Shown: positions 1 through 11,695, counted from the stretch's first letter. The stretch is DNA of 64,000 nt from Candidatus Woykebacteria bacterium (GCA_040876345.1 JBBDPM010000001.1:33619-97618); one strand, 5' to 3'. Numbers and translations: made by a program. The notes: generated by a model not told the origin, from the letters alone.

Positions 1-20
1 TTGGGGCCCCAGAGATAATT

Positions 21-2669
21 TTGCGCAATGAAAAAAGAATGCTTCAGGAGGCAGTCGATTCTTTAATTGATTCAACCCAGCGTCCGCAGGGTAGAGTAGC
101 TGCTGGGCAACAACTTCGCTCCCTCTCAGATATGTTAAAGGGGAAACAAGGGAGGTTTCGTCAGAACTTACTAGGTAAAAGAGTCGACTATTCCGGAAGA
201 AGTGTTATTGTTGTCGCTCCGGATATTAAACTAAACGAGTGTAGGGTGCCTAAAGAGATGGCACTAGAGCTCTTCAAACCATATGTGCTCCGTGAGTTGA
301 TTTTTCAAGGTTACGCGCCAAATGTAAAGAGTGCTAAAAACATCTTTGAGAGAAGAGGCGAGGAAGTGTGGGATATCTTAGAGTCAATAACTAAAAATCA
401 CCCAGTACTATTAAACCGAGCTCCAACTCTGCACCGTCTTGGTATTCAAGCCTTCTACCCTATACTAACTGAGGGTAACGCTATTGGTATCCACCCTTCA
501 GTTTGTGCTGGATATGGAGCCGATTTTGACGGAGACCAGATGGCAATTCATATACCACTTTCAAATGCGGCAATTGACGAATCAGCCAGCCTAATGATGT
601 CCACAAAGAACTTACTCAGACCTGCGGATGGTGAGCCCATTATGACTCCAAGGCAAGATGTATTCCTAGGTATATATTATCTGACAAAGATTGAGGGAGA
701 CGAGCCAAAGGGAATTTTTTCCAAAGATGAGGCCATCACCGCTTACCAAGCTGGAAGAATAAATATTAGAGACAGTATTAATGTTTTAATTGGTAAGGAA
801 TCTGCTGTTACCTCTGCTGGACGTATAATGTTTAACGAGCTGTTACCGGAAGAGATGAGGTTTCTTAATAAAGAAATAAAAGGGCCCGAGCTGAAAAATA
901 TTTTAACTTCTTGTCAGAGTCTTTTTGGTGCCGATCGTACCGTAGAGCTTATTGACGCAATTAAAGATTTAGGGTTCTATTTTGCTACGGTCTCCGGTAT
1001 TTCTATGGCTATATCAGATTGTGAGGTAATTCCTGAAAAGGCAGAATTAATCAGCAAGTCAGATGGTAAAGCAGAAGAGATAGAAAACAACTTTAAGAGA
1101 GGGTTAATTACTGAGACTGAAAAAACTCGGCTTATTGAGGAGATTTGGTCTGATGTCACCGCTGATATTGACGAGCGAACCTGGAAAAATTTAAGTGAAA
1201 GTAACCCACTCCGCCTTATGCAAGAATCTGGTTCTCGAGGATCAAGAGACCAGATAAAACAACTTGCGGGCATGAGAGGTTTAGTTGCAGACCCTCTCGG
1301 TAGAATAGTTGAGCTACCATCAAAAAGTAACTTTAGGGAAGGGCTCGATGTTTATGAATACTTCACTTCCACTCGAGGGGCCAGAAAAGGACTTGTGGAT
1401 AAAGCGTTGAAGACTGCCGATGCTGGTTACCTCACTCGAAGATTGGTTGATGTAGCCCATGACGTTTTGGTGCGAGATGAAGATTGCGGCACGAAAGAAG
1501 GTATCGAAATTATAGATGAGCAAAACAGAACTACCCCAATTGCAGATAGGCTTTTTGGGAGGGTTTTAGCTGAAGATTTGGTTGATGATAATGGCAAGAT
1601 AGTTTTCAAAAAAGGGGAACTATTAATAGAGGGAAGCTTCGACACTCTTAAAAAAGTTAAGTTCTCAAAAGTTAAGATACGATCCCCGCTTACCTGTGAG
1701 ACTAAATACGGTGTTTGTATGACTTGTTACGGTGTGGATTTGTCTGTTAAAAAAACGGTCGGAATTGGAACCCCGGTGGGTGTTATTGCCGCTCAGTCTA
1801 TCGGTGAGCCAGGAACCCAACTTACAATGCGTACGTTTCATTTAGGTGGTGTTGTCGGTTTGGACATAACCCAAGGGCTGCCCCGTGTAGATGAAATTTT
1901 TGAAGCACGCTTGCCCAAAACACCGGCGGTTGTCACCGAAATAAGTGGTAAGTTAGAGGTTATTGAGGACGATGAAGTTAGAAAAGTAAGAGTAACCGCC
2001 GAGGATAAATCAGGAAAGCTCGAAAAAGAATACATAATCCCAGTTTCTGTGGAACTTATCGTTAAGGATGGAGAACTAGTTGCGGCTGGCGACCGCCTCA
2101 CCGGTGGTCACCTTGACCTCAAGATAGTATTGGAAACGAGAGGCATTAGGGCAGTTCAGCAATACGTAATATCCGAGCTTCAAAAAGTTTATGAATCACA
2201 GGGAGCTCCAATAAACGATAAGCATTTTGAAGTTATCGTTCGAAAAATGGGAGAAAAAGTTAAGATAGAATCTTCCGGTGATACATCTCTTCTTCCGGGG
2301 GAACTCGTCGACAAGGTCAAATTTGCTGAAGAAAACGCCAAGGTGTTAGCCGAGGGTGGGGAGCCCGCAACCGCCTCAGTGGTTATTTTAGGTATTACGA
2401 GAGCCGCTTTATACACTGACTCAGTACTTTCGGCGGCTAGTTTCCAGGAAACGACTTCTGTTCTTCGGGATGCAGCGATTTCCGGAAAAATTGACTATTT
2501 AAGAGGTCTTAAGGAAAATGTCATAATTGGGAGGCTTATTCCTATCGGTGAAAATGCTAGACTGGATAAAAAGAAGGATTCTCAGGCAATTGAGAAATCT
2601 GTCATAGCAGCTGAAGAGATGAAACTTTCGAAGCTTCGCCTAAAAGAGAAAAAACCAGTCGCGGCTTAG
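21..2669 (+). CDS. rpoC: RNA polymerase beta' subunit, 5' end outside the window
   Basis: GKRVDYSGRSVI, (G)ADFDGD catalytic motif, GEPGTQLTMRTFH trigger loop, GLKENVIIGRLIP. Confidence 0.99.
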   Translation: MRNEKRMLQEAVDSLIDSTQRPQGRVAAGQQLRSLSDMLKGKQGRFRQNLLGKRVDYSGRSVIVVAPDIKLNECRVPKEMALELFKPYVLRELIFQGYAPNVKSAKNIFERRGEEVWDILESITKNHPVLLNRAPTLHRLGIQAFYPILTEGNAIGIHPSVCAGYGADFDGDQMAIHIPLSNAAIDESASLMMSTKNLLRPADGEPIMTPRQDVFLGIYYLTKIEGDEPKGIFSKDEAITAYQAGRINIRDSINVLIGKESAVTSAGRIMFNELLPEEMRFLNKEIKGPELKNILTSCQSLFGADRTVELIDAIKDLGFYFATVSGISMAISDCEVIPEKAELISKSDGKAEEIENNFKRGLITETEKTRLIEEIWSDVTADIDERTWKNLSESNPLRLMQESGSRGSRDQIKQLAGMRGLVADPLGRIVELPSKSNFREGLDVYEYFTSTRGARKGLVDKALKTADAGYLTRRLVDVAHDVLVRDEDCGTKEGIEIIDEQNRTTPIADRLFGRVLAEDLVDDNGKIVFKKGELLIEGSFDTLKKVKFSKVKIRSPLTCETKYGVCMTCYGVDLSVKKTVGIGTPVGVIAAQSIGEPGTQLTMRTFHLGGVVGLDITQGLPRVDEIFEARLPKTPAVVTEISGKLEVIEDDEVRKVRVTAEDKSGKLEKEYIIPVSVELIVKDGELVAAGDRLTGGHLDLKIVLETRGIRAVQQYVISELQKVYESQGAPINDKHFEVIVRKMGEKVKIESSGDTSLLPGELVDKVKFAEENAKVLAEGGEPATASVVILGITRAALYTDSVLSAASFQETTSVLRDAAISGKIDYLRGLKENVIIGRLIPIGENARLDKKKDSQAIEKSVIAAEEMKLSKLRLKEKKPVAA

Positions 2670-3269
2670 CTAAATTATCATAACTTTTTCTATTACGTCG
2701 CCAATTTGGATTTTATCCACCGCGTCCATTCCCTTAGTAACTTTGCCAAAGATCGTATACTTTTTTGGTAGATCCTTATTATCTGCTAGTAGAATAAAAA
2801 ATTGGCTTCCATTAGTATTTGGGCCAGAATTGGCCATTGCTACAATTCCGCGGTCATAGTTTCTGAGAACCTTTTCGTCTTCAAACTTGTAGCCAGGACC
2901 GCCAGAACCATCTCCTTTTGGGTCTCCCCCTTGGATTACAAAACCTTCTTCTCGGCGGTGAAAGTTAAGGCCGTCATAAAAACCCTCTTTCGCCAAGAAA
3001 ACAAAGTTGCTGACTGTTTTTGGAGCCTCGGCCCCGAAAAGTTCAATCTCAATACCTCCTTTGGCAGTTTTTATCACCGCCTTTTTCGCGTTTAGTTCTG
3101 CCGTTGGTAAAACTCCAGGGAATTTGTCATAAGTTTTTTTGGAAGGTGCAGCACTGCTTGAAGCCTCGTTAGTTGAAGTTGTTTTGTATTCTTCACCAGA
3201 TTGAATCAACACAAATATTGCTCCTCCTATCATCGCTAAAACTATTAAAATATATCCAATATTTTTCAC
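2670..3269 (-). CDS. Cyclophilin-type peptidyl-prolyl isomerase with N-terminal membrane anchor
   Basis: FYDGLNFHR, FVIQGGDPKGDGSGGPGY, AMANSGPNTNGSQFFI. Confidence 0.95.
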   Translation of the reverse strand: MKNIGYILIVLAMIGGAIFVLIQSGEEYKTTSTNEASSSAAPSKKTYDKFPGVLPTAELNAKKAVIKTAKGGIEIELFGAEAPKTVSNFVFLAKEGFYDGLNFHRREEGFVIQGGDPKGDGSGGPGYKFEDEKVLRNYDRGIVAMANSGPNTNGSQFFILLADNKDLPKKYTIFGKVTKGMDAVDKIQIGDVIEKVMII

Positions 3270-3307
3270 AGACTTTCATATTATATCATGAGAGTAGTTA
3301 AGATATT

Positions 3308-3658
3308 CTATTGACCTTTGAGTTCTTTAAGACGGGAGTCGGAGATGCCGAAGTGGTGGGCGATTTCGTGCTGGACTGTGTCCGTCACTAGTTTTTTTAT
3401 TACGTCTTTGTTTTCATGCGAAACAAGTTCAATTGGCCCTTTAAAAATAGTTATTTTGTCGGGTAGTGCCATTGTGTAGCCAGAGCCTCTTTTTGTTTTC
3501 GGGACACCTTGGTAAAGACCAAGCAATAATCTACTCCCCATTGGATACGAAGGCCACTCTTCCACGACCACATCAACATTATCCAACCGCTCTTTAAAAA
3601 AAGAGGGTAGCTTATCTAAAGATTCGGTTACAAGAAACTCGAATTCTTCGTAAGTCAT
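3308..3658 (-). CDS. Minimal zincin-like metallopeptidase family protein
   Basis: LLGLYQGVP, PDKITIF, HEIAHHFG (HExxH). Confidence 0.85.
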   Translation of the reverse strand: MTYEEFEFLVTESLDKLPSFFKERLDNVDVVVEEWPSYPMGSRLLLGLYQGVPKTKRGSGYTMALPDKITIFKGPIELVSHENKDVIKKLVTDTVQHEIAHHFGISDSRLKELKGQ

Positions 3659-3674
3659 GCGGAACTATCTAATT

Positions 3675-3932
3675 TTACCCTTCTCTTGGGGGTCTTGCTT
3701 CGTTAACTACAATTGCCCGACCGTCCATGTCTGAACCGTTGAATTTCTCAATTGCTTTTGCTACATCATCATCGTTTGCCATTTCAACAAAACCAAAACC
3801 GCGAGACCTACCAGTCATTCTATCCGTAATTACGTTTGCAGATGTTACTTCACCAACCTGAGAAAAGAGATCTTTCAATTCATCAGAAGTTGTTGAAAAA
3901 GGTAGGCTTCCAACAAATAATTTTTTAGCCAT
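3675..3932 (-). CDS. RRM (RNP-1) RNA-binding protein
   Basis: KLFVGSL and RGFGFVEM motifs; start taken at MAKKLF. Confidence 0.95.
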   Translation of the reverse strand: MAKKLFVGSLPFSTTSDELKDLFSQVGEVTSANVITDRMTGRSRGFGFVEMANDDDVAKAIEKFNGSDMDGRAIVVNEARPPREG

Positions 3933-4118
3933 GAAATTAAACTTCACCCCCTTCGGGTACTTAAAGTTACACTATTCCTTTTTTCTGCAAGGGAAACTTT
4001 CAGAGGAAGGAAACTGTGCTAGATTATAAATAGTACGAGCTAATTTTACTCAACTGAGGCTCAAAAGTCAATTACTTCTTACTTGCACAAACCCCTCTTT
4101 TGAAGTAGCATTTTTAGT

Positions 4119-5246
4119 ATGGATTTTTATGCGGAAGCTATCGCGCAAGCGAAGAAATTGGGTGGAAAAATAGAGATAAAGTCCAAAATCAAGATTCAAG
4201 ATAAGGAAGATTTGTCGATAGCTTACACGCCTGGTGTAGCTGGAGTATCTTTAGAAATAGCCAAAGATAGAAGTAAAGTCTGGGATTTAACAACTAAGGC
4301 AAATTCAGTCGCCGTAGTGTCGGATGGAAGTGCCGTTTTGGGACTTGGGGACATTGGGCCTGAGGCGGCACTGCCGGTAATGGAGGGTAAATGCGTTTTG
4401 TTTAAAGAATTTGCAAATGTTGATGCCTACCCTATTGTTCTAAACACAAAGAGTGTCGATGAAATTGTGTCGACAGTTTCAGCAATTGCTTCAGGTTTTG
4501 GAGGGATAAATCTAGAAGATATTTCTGCGCCACGTTGTTTTGAGATTGAAGACTCACTTCAAGATCTTGGTATTCCAGTGTTTCATGATGACCAACACGG
4601 TACGGCAATTGTGGTACTGGCCGCTTTGCTAAATTCACTTAAAGTGGTAGGTAAAGAATTGGACGATATCAAGGTAGTTATTTTTGGAGCTGGAGCGGCT
4701 GGATTGGCAGTTGCAAGAATTATCAATCCAGCCTCGATTGTCCTCATTGACTCTAAAGGGCCGATAAATTCTGAAAGGAAAGATCTGAATGACTATAAAG
4801 CAGAAATTTTGGCCGGCGAAAATTATCTTCAAGCTTCAACTTTGGAAGAAGCCTTTAGCGGGGCCGATGTTTTTATTGGCGTTTCTGGCAAAGGTAAGAT
4901 AGATCAAGGTCTTATCAAGCGGATGAATAAGAAGCCGATAATTTTCGCTCTTTCTAACCCAGATCCAGAGATTATGCCGGAAGAGGCAAAAAAGGCAGGG
5001 GCCTCTATTGTGGCAACTGGCAGGAGCGATTTTCCAAACCAAATAAATAATGTGCTTGCGTTTCCAGGAATTTTCCGGGGAGCTTTAGATAATAAAATTA
5101 AAAGAATCGATACAAAAATCAAGATAAAAGCAGCTGATGCTTTAGCAGGAATAGTCGAAAAACCAACCTCCGAGCAGATTTTGCCATCTCCATTCTCCAA
5201 AGAAGTTGTTAAGGTAGTAGCCACCGCGGTCAGAAATTATGATTAA
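4119..5246 (+). CDS. NAD(P)-dependent malic enzyme
   Basis: AYTPGVA, DGSAVLGLGDIG, LEDI, FHDDQHGTA, GAGAAG, QINNVLAFPG. Confidence 0.95.
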   Translation: MDFYAEAIAQAKKLGGKIEIKSKIKIQDKEDLSIAYTPGVAGVSLEIAKDRSKVWDLTTKANSVAVVSDGSAVLGLGDIGPEAALPVMEGKCVLFKEFANVDAYPIVLNTKSVDEIVSTVSAIASGFGGINLEDISAPRCFEIEDSLQDLGIPVFHDDQHGTAIVVLAALLNSLKVVGKELDDIKVVIFGAGAAGLAVARIINPASIVLIDSKGPINSERKDLNDYKAEILAGENYLQASTLEEAFSGADVFIGVSGKGKIDQGLIKRMNKKPIIFALSNPDPEIMPEEAKKAGASIVATGRSDFPNQINNVLAFPGIFRGALDNKIKRIDTKIKIKAADALAGIVEKPTSEQILPSPFSKEVVKVVATAVRNYD

Positions 5247-6354
5247 CCATGACAACCTTGGCCCAGAAAAGTTGTTGGAAGTTTACGATCCAAAAACTGG
5301 CATGAGAGGCCTTTTGGTAATTGATAACACTTGGCTTGGGGTGGGTAAAGGTGGTTTGAGGATGACTCCGAACGTTAGCCTCAAAGAAATTTTCCATTTG
5401 GCGCGGGTGATGACTTACAAAAACGCTTTAGCCGAACTACCATTTGGTGGGGCCAAATCTGGAATAATCGCCGATCCAAAGAAGATTTCCAAGGTAGAAA
5501 AATTTGAGCTTGTGCGGGCTTTCTCCAAAGCCATTAAAGATCTTTGCCCCTCTCTCTATGTTACTGGACCAGATGTTAACACAGGAGAGCGCGAGATGGC
5601 CGAGTTTGTGAGTGCTAATGGATCTCTAAAGTCCGCCACAGGGAAGCCAGCGGATATGTGTGTAAAACCTGGGGTTGAGTGTGGTATTCCCCATGAATTT
5701 GGCTCAACTGGATTCGGAGTGGTTCAAGCCACCTTGGAAGCAATCGAATTTTCAGGAAAAAAAGTCAAAGACATGAAGGTAGCAATTGCTGGGTTTGGTA
5801 ACGTTGGCACCTTTGCGGCAAGTCTTTTAGATAAGGAAGGAGCAAAAATTGTAGCTATATCTGATAGCTCAGGAACAACTTGTAATCCAAGCGGTTTAAA
5901 TGTCCAAAAAGTTTTTGATGTTAAAAAGGAAAAAGGAAGTGCTGGCGAAAATCCGGATGGGGAAAAATTGAGGCCAGAAGAAATCTATGGTTTGGAGGTT
6001 GATATTCTTATTCCAGCCTCTTTAGGCGGGGTTATAAATGAAACTAATGCAGGTGCGGTGAGATCAAAAATAATTGTGGAAGCTGCAAATCTACCAGTTA
6101 GTAAGGAAGCAGAGGAAGAGCTAAACAAGCGCAATATTTTAATTATTCCCGATATTATTGCCAATGCGGGTGGAGTTGTCTCTTCCTACGCCGAGTATCG
6201 GGGTTATAACCCAAAACAAATGTTTAAGCTAGTTGAGAGGAAAATTAAGAAAAATGTTAAAATGATTTTGGAAAAATCAAAAGAAGAAAAAAAGACCCCT
6301 CGCGAAGCTGCGTTAGAAATTGCTACCGAAAGATTAAATAAATCCCGCACCTAG
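5239..6354 (+). CDS. Glu/Leu/Phe/Val dehydrogenase (glutamate dehydrogenase-like)
   Basis: GKGGLR, LPFGGAKSG, GFGNVG, PDIIANAGGV. Confidence 0.92.
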   Translation: MINHDNLGPEKLLEVYDPKTGMRGLLVIDNTWLGVGKGGLRMTPNVSLKEIFHLARVMTYKNALAELPFGGAKSGIIADPKKISKVEKFELVRAFSKAIKDLCPSLYVTGPDVNTGEREMAEFVSANGSLKSATGKPADMCVKPGVECGIPHEFGSTGFGVVQATLEAIEFSGKKVKDMKVAIAGFGNVGTFAASLLDKEGAKIVAISDSSGTTCNPSGLNVQKVFDVKKEKGSAGENPDGEKLRPEEIYGLEVDILIPASLGGVINETNAGAVRSKIIVEAANLPVSKEAEEELNKRNILIIPDIIANAGGVVSSYAEYRGYNPKQMFKLVERKIKKNVKMILEKSKEEKKTPREAALEIATERLNKSRT

Positions 6355-6494
6355 TAATCTGTCGTAATAATCCTAAATTTAAAGTAAGCTACCTACAAAA
6401 CCAATACCCGATACCCATAGTGTAATATTCCAAGTAATTATGATACAATTCGCTCGACTCAGATCCGATAAGTTCAACAAAGAAGGAGGGAATC

Positions 6495-6896
6495 GTGAAT
6501 TACGGTATTCTGCTCAGAATGGAAGAGCGTCCAGGCGGCTCAATGATGAGCGTTGGGCATATCCCGGTAGAAGCCAGGGGACTCTCAGAAGCGACTCGTG
6601 CCGCCTCCCGACTTCTGGCGGAGGGCAAGATCCAAATACCAGCGCCGTTGAAGAGTCTCTGGAAGACAATCTCGATGGGCGGACACATCGTGGAAGCCGA
6701 ACCTGGTGTGTGGGTAGACGCAGATGACTATGAGAAGATCCTTCATTGGACACCTCCGCTGCCCCGCATTCTACTACGGGTTCTTTCCCGATGGATCGAA
6801 CCACAGACGAATCTGAAAAGGAGTCAGATGATGGCGGCACTTGTCGGGACAGGTTGGGGTGACGCAGAACAGGCTTTCGTTTCTATCCTTCGTTAG
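6495..6896 (+). CDS. Hypothetical protein
   Basis: 133 aa ORF with GGAGG Shine-Dalgarno and GTG start; GC-richer than its neighbours; followed by a hairpin. Confidence 0.55.
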   Translation: MNYGILLRMEERPGGSMMSVGHIPVEARGLSEATRAASRLLAEGKIQIPAPLKSLWKTISMGGHIVEAEPGVWVDADDYEKILHWTPPLPRILLRVLSRWIEPQTNLKRSQMMAALVGTGWGDAEQAFVSILR

Positions 6897-6924
6897 CCCC
6901 CGCCTTGGGATTATCCAAGATCTT

Positions 6925-6952
6925 GGTGCCCGAAGAAACCACCTCGGGCGCC
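6925..6952 (+). terminator. GC-rich hairpin, possible terminator
   Basis: ggtgcccga...tcgggcgcc inverted repeat after the 6495-6896 ORF. Confidence 0.4.
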
Positions 6953-7054
6953 ACCTTCTCCAGTTGATAATAAAGATCATTTTGTATATAGGATTGTTCG
7001 TAGCCAAATTCATTTACTTGATTTTATTTTTTGAGGTATGTATAATCCCCAGTT

Positions 7055-7468
7055 ATGCCGACGATAACGCAGCTTGTTCGAAAAGGTAGAAAAAAGGTAG
7101 GCAAAAAAGTTAAGGCCACTGCTTTGCGTGGCTCTTTTAATGCAACGGCCAGGAGAACTACTCCAACTTTTAACCCCCAAAAAAGGGGTGTTTGTGTGGT
7201 GGTAAAGACAATGACTCCAAAGAAACCAAACTCAGCCCTTCGAAAAGTGGCCAGAGTCCGGCTCTCCAATCGGAAAGAAATTACTGCTTACATCCCAGGA
7301 ATTGGACACAGCCTGCAAGAGCACTCAATTGTTTTGGTTCGAGGCGGTAGAGTTAAAGACCTTCCGGGTGTTAAGTACCATGTTATAAGAGGCCATTACG
7401 ATACCGGTGGAGTTGAGGGCAGAAAACAAAGTAGAAGTTTGTACGGGACGAAACAACCCAAAGAGTAA
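7055..7468 (+). CDS. rpsL: 30S ribosomal protein S12
   Basis: [28 protein letters not shown]. Confidence 0.99.
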   Translation: MPTITQLVRKGRKKVGKKVKATALRGSFNATARRTTPTFNPQKRGVCVVVKTMTPKKPNSALRKVARVRLSNRKEITAYIPGIGHSLQEHSIVLVRGGRVKDLPGVKYHVIRGHYDTGGVEGRKQSRSLYGTKQPKE

Positions 7469-7540
7469 TGAGTTGTGGACTCCAGGTTTTTATCTTATAA
7501 TTAGCAACCCAGAACTCAATCTTAACTTACTAACTAAATT

Positions 7541-8014
7541 ATGCGCGGAAAACGAGCAGAAAAAAGAAAACTTATACCCGACCCAATCTATAATAGTAGG
7601 GTTCTTACTCGATTTGTAAACAGACTGATGCGCGATGGTAAGAAAACAGTCGCTCAGAAAATAGTTTACGATGCTCTGGAAGATATTAAAAAGCAGGATA
7701 AAAATCCCCTTGAAGTTTTTGAGACTGCAATGCGCAATGTAGCCCCTAAAATGGAAGTCCACCCGCGCCGTGTAGGCGGGGCAAGTTACCAAATACCGAC
7801 AGAAGTGAAGGGGGATCGACGTGAAGCTTTAGCAATTCGCTGGATTATAGCCTCTGCGAAATCAAGATCAAGCTCTGAGTATAAAAGTATGAAAGCAAAA
7901 CTCGCCGCTGAGTTCTCCGACGCAGCAGCCGGTACCGGTGCTGCAATCAAGAAAAGAGATGATACTCACCGGATGGCGGAAGCTAATAAAGCCTTCGCCC
8001 ATTTTCGTTGGTAA
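7541..8014 (+). CDS. rpsG: 30S ribosomal protein S7
   Basis: RRVGGASYQIP, HRMAEANKAFAH. Confidence 0.99.
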   Translation: MRGKRAEKRKLIPDPIYNSRVLTRFVNRLMRDGKKTVAQKIVYDALEDIKKQDKNPLEVFETAMRNVAPKMEVHPRRVGGASYQIPTEVKGDRREALAIRWIIASAKSRSSSEYKSMKAKLAAEFSDAAAGTGAAIKKRDDTHRMAEANKAFAHFRW

Positions 8015-8065
8015 TTTATAGTCAGATCATCGGCCGCACGTCTAAAATTTTCCCCTCATCCAACG

Positions 8066-8094
8066 TTGACAGCTTGAATGCTTTCTGATATCAT
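8066..8094 (+). promoter_or_regulatory. Sigma70-type promoter upstream of fusA
   Basis: TTGACA-17 bp-TATCAT; a second extended -10 (TGTTATAAT) at 8171-8179. Confidence 0.55.
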
Positions 8095-8193
8095 CCTCAA
8101 GTTCCGTCTACGCACAAATTTTTCAGCGAGACAAGTCGAACACCAGTAAGGTGTTTTTTCATGCCTAAAATGTTATAATTTAGGTTCAGAGTT

Positions 8194-10311
8194 ATGGCTA
8201 AAGAAGTATCTCTCGAGAAAATTAGAAACATCGGAATTATTGCTCATATTGATGCCGGCAAGACTACCGTTACTGAGCGTGTTCTTTTCTATACTGGTAA
8301 AACTTACAAAATCGGTGAGGTTCATGAGGGGGCAGCGGTTATGGATTGGATGGCCCAGGAAAGAGAGCGTGGGATCACAATTACCTCGGCTGCTACCACC
8401 GCCTTTTGGACTACAGGAAGCGGCCCCTTCAAAGATGAAAGGCACCGAATCAACATTATCGATACCCCCGGCCACGTAGATTTTACGGCTGAGGTTGAGC
8501 GCTCCCTTAGGGTTTTAGACGGGGCGGTAGTTGTTTTTGACGGAAAAATGGGGGTTGAGCCCCAAAGTGAGACTGTCTGGCGACAAGCCGATAAATACAA
8601 AGTTCCCCGGATCTGCTTCATTAACAAACTGGACGCTATTGGTGGGGATTTTTACATGAGCCTCTCTACAATAAAAGAGAGACTTGGTGCCAACGCCCAC
8701 CCGATTCAGATTCCAATTGGCGAGGAGGGCAACTTTAAGGGTGTAGTGGATCTTATCTCTCGTAAGGCGATACTTTTTGCTAGTGAGCTTGGAGATCATC
8801 CTGAGATGGCCGATGTTCCCGCTGAGTCTAAAGACAAAGTTGAAGAATACCGTGCGAAATTAGTTGAGGCTATCGCCGAGCATTCAACCGACACTCTTTT
8901 AGAAAAATATCTTCATGGAGGTGAACTTAGTGAAGATGAATTAAGAGAAGGTTTGCGACAGGCGACTATTGCTACGAAGGTTATCCCGGTAATGGCCGGA
9001 AGCGCTTTGAAAAATAAAGGTGTTCAGCCCTTGCTTGATGCGGTAGTTGATTTTCTACCCTCCCCACTTGACCTACCCCCAGTTGTGGGTATAAATCCAA
9101 AAACAGATCAGGAGGAAGAGAGAAAAACAAGTGACGAAGAGCCCTTTTCCGCACTCGCTTTTAAAGTAATGACCGATCCGTTTGTTGGCAGACTCACCTA
9201 TTTTAGGGTGTACTCTGGAAAACTCGGGGCCGGATCTTATTTATACAATTCTACCAAAGACACAAAAGAAAGAGTCGGTAGAATTCTCTTAATGCACGCA
9301 AACGCTCGGCAAGAACTTCAGGATATTTCTGCCGGTGAAATTGGGGCCGCCGTTGGTTTGAAGCAGACTTTCACTGGAGATACCCTTTGCGATGAGACAA
9401 AGCCGATTGTGCTTGAGTCTATTAAATTTCCGGAGCCGGTTATTTCTTTGGCAATTGAGCCCAAAACAAAGGCAGACCAGGAAAAAATGGGCCTTTCTCT
9501 AGCTAAGCTTTCCGAGGAAGATCCAACCTTTAGGCTCAAAACAGATCATGAAACTGGACAATCAATAATCTCCGGTATGGGAGAGCTCCATTTGGATATT
9601 ATTGTTGATCGAATGAAGCGAGAATTTGGAGTGGAGGCAAATGTCGGTAAGCCCCAGGTTGCTTATAAAGAAACAATAAAGAAAACTGCTAAAGGAGAAG
9701 GTAAATATATTCGCCAAACTGGAGGTAGAGGCCAGTATGGTCATTGTTTCCTAAGAATTGAGCCCAGAGGCAGAGGTGAGGGTAATGAGTTTAAAAACGA
9801 GATCGTCGGGGGTTCAATCCCCAGAGAATTTATTCCCGCTATTGAAAAAGGGGTCAAGTCCGCTCTGGAAAACGGGGTTTTAGCTGGCTACCCAATGGTC
9901 GACATGCAAGTGGCAGTTTATGACGGTAGCTTTCATGATGTAGATTCTTCAGAAGAAGCGTTTAAAATTGCTGGGTCCCTAGCTCTAAAAGAAGCTACCA
10001 AGAGTGCCGACGCCACAATTTTGGAGCCAATAATGAGTCTAGAGGTTATTGCTCCTGAAGAATTTATGGGTGATATAATCGGCGACCTTTCTAGTAAAAG
10101 AGCGAGAATTGAAGGTACAGAGCCTCGCGGTAATGTTAGAGTGATAAAATCCTTGGTTCCCCTCTCGGAGATGTTTGGTTACGCAACAAATTTGAGAAGC
10201 CAAACTCAAGGCAGAGCAAGTTTTAGTTTGGAACCCTCTCACTACGAAGAAGTGCCGCAAAGTGTTTTGAATAATATTGTTAGTGTTAGCAAGGGAAATA
10301 GCAGTTCCTGA
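8194..10311 (+). CDS. fusA: Elongation factor G
   Basis: [27 protein letters not shown]. Confidence 0.99.
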   Translation: MAKEVSLEKIRNIGIIAHIDAGKTTVTERVLFYTGKTYKIGEVHEGAAVMDWMAQERERGITITSAATTAFWTTGSGPFKDERHRINIIDTPGHVDFTAEVERSLRVLDGAVVVFDGKMGVEPQSETVWRQADKYKVPRICFINKLDAIGGDFYMSLSTIKERLGANAHPIQIPIGEEGNFKGVVDLISRKAILFASELGDHPEMADVPAESKDKVEEYRAKLVEAIAEHSTDTLLEKYLHGGELSEDELREGLRQATIATKVIPVMAGSALKNKGVQPLLDAVVDFLPSPLDLPPVVGINPKTDQEEERKTSDEEPFSALAFKVMTDPFVGRLTYFRVYSGKLGAGSYLYNSTKDTKERVGRILLMHANARQELQDISAGEIGAAVGLKQTFTGDTLCDETKPIVLESIKFPEPVISLAIEPKTKADQEKMGLSLAKLSEEDPTFRLKTDHETGQSIISGMGELHLDIIVDRMKREFGVEANVGKPQVAYKETIKKTAKGEGKYIRQTGGRGQYGHCFLRIEPRGRGEGNEFKNEIVGGSIPREFIPAIEKGVKSALENGVLAGYPMVDMQVAVYDGSFHDVDSSEEAFKIAGSLALKEATKSADATILEPIMSLEVIAPEEFMGDIIGDLSSKRARIEGTEPRGNVRVIKSLVPLSEMFGYATNLRSQTQGRASFSLEPSHYEEVPQSVLNNIVSVSKGNSSS

Positions 10312-10478
10312 CTTATAAGATTGATTGGAATCGTTCCGTAATTTGACTTGGTTTGGTAAAATACTAAAGTTAGATTCTGGCTCTTGTTCTAGGATATATG
10401 ATTTAAGTTGGATTCATGATATAATCCTACCCTTAGATCATACATCTTATAACTTAAAACCAAAGTTGAGGAGGTAAA

Positions 10479-11669
10479 ATGGCAGAAGCAAAAAAATTTG
10501 AAAGAAATAAGCCTCACGTTAATGTGGGGACGATTGGTCACGTTGACCACGGAAAAACAACTCTGACGGCAGCGATTACAAAATACCTTTCTGGTAAAGG
10601 GGCCGCTGAGTTTAGAAGTTTTGAAACTATTGATAACGCGCCAGAAGAGCGTCAGCGCGGAATTACTATTGCTCTAGCGCACGTTGAATATGAAACAGAA
10701 AAAAGACATTACGCTCACATTGATGCTCCAGGTCACGCCGATTACATAAAGAACATGATTACAGGGGCGGCCCAAATGGATGGCGCCATTCTAGTTGTAT
10801 CTGCAGCCGACGGACCAATGCCGCAAACAAGAGAGCACATTCTGTTGGCTCGTCAGGTCGGTGTACCGGCGATTGTAGTTTTTATGAACAAGGTAGACAC
10901 TGTCGACGACAAGGACCTTCTTGATCTTGTCGAAGAGGAAATTCGCGATCTCCTTTCCAAGTATGAATACCCAGGAAAGGAGATTCCCGTTATTAGGGGC
11001 AGTGCCCTTAAGGCACTTGAAGGAGACGCCGAGGCTGGAAAGAGTATTGAAGAGCTTTTGAAGGCAGTAGATAACTATATTCCAACTCCTACTCGGGACT
11101 TAGATAAGCCATTTTCCATGCCGATTGAGGATGTATTCTCAATAAAAGGTAGAGGCACCGTAGTTACTGGAAGAGCTGAAAGAGGTAAAGTCAAGGTTAA
11201 CGAAGCGGTTGAGATAGTTGGTATCAAACCTAAGACCCAAGCTACTGTCGTCACTGGTGTTGAAATGTTTAGGAAACAGTTGGATGAAGGTCAGGCCGGA
11301 GATAACGTTGGACTCTTGCTTCGAGGAATTGAAAAAGATGATGTTGAACGTGGTCAAGTGGTAGCTGCTCCCGGTAGTATAAAGCCCCACACTGAATTTG
11401 AAGCCGAAGTTTATGTGTTGACTAAAGAGGAAGGCGGTCGTCATACCCCATTTTTCTCAGGGTACAGGCCTCAGTTTTACCTTAGAACTACTGATGTTAC
11501 CGGTGAAATAACTCTTGCTGAAGGTACAGAAATGATCATGCCCGGGGACAATACTAAGATGAAAGCTAAATTAATAGGTCCAGTTGCTCTTGAAGAGGGG
11601 CTAAGGTTTGCTATCCGAGAAGGAGGGCACACCGTTGGAGCAGGCGTTATCACCAAGATAATCGCTTAA
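10479..11669 (+). CDS. tuf: Elongation factor Tu
   Basis: [28 protein letters not shown]. Confidence 0.99.
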   Translation: MAEAKKFERNKPHVNVGTIGHVDHGKTTLTAAITKYLSGKGAAEFRSFETIDNAPEERQRGITIALAHVEYETEKRHYAHIDAPGHADYIKNMITGAAQMDGAILVVSAADGPMPQTREHILLARQVGVPAIVVFMNKVDTVDDKDLLDLVEEEIRDLLSKYEYPGKEIPVIRGSALKALEGDAEAGKSIEELLKAVDNYIPTPTRDLDKPFSMPIEDVFSIKGRGTVVTGRAERGKVKVNEAVEIVGIKPKTQATVVTGVEMFRKQLDEGQAGDNVGLLLRGIEKDDVERGQVVAAPGSIKPHTEFEAEVYVLTKEEGGRHTPFFSGYRPQFYLRTTDVTGEITLAEGTEMIMPGDNTKMKAKLIGPVALEEGLRFAIREGGHTVGAGVITKIIA

Positions 11670-11695
11670 TTTGTGCTCCCCTTCATAATTTATTT

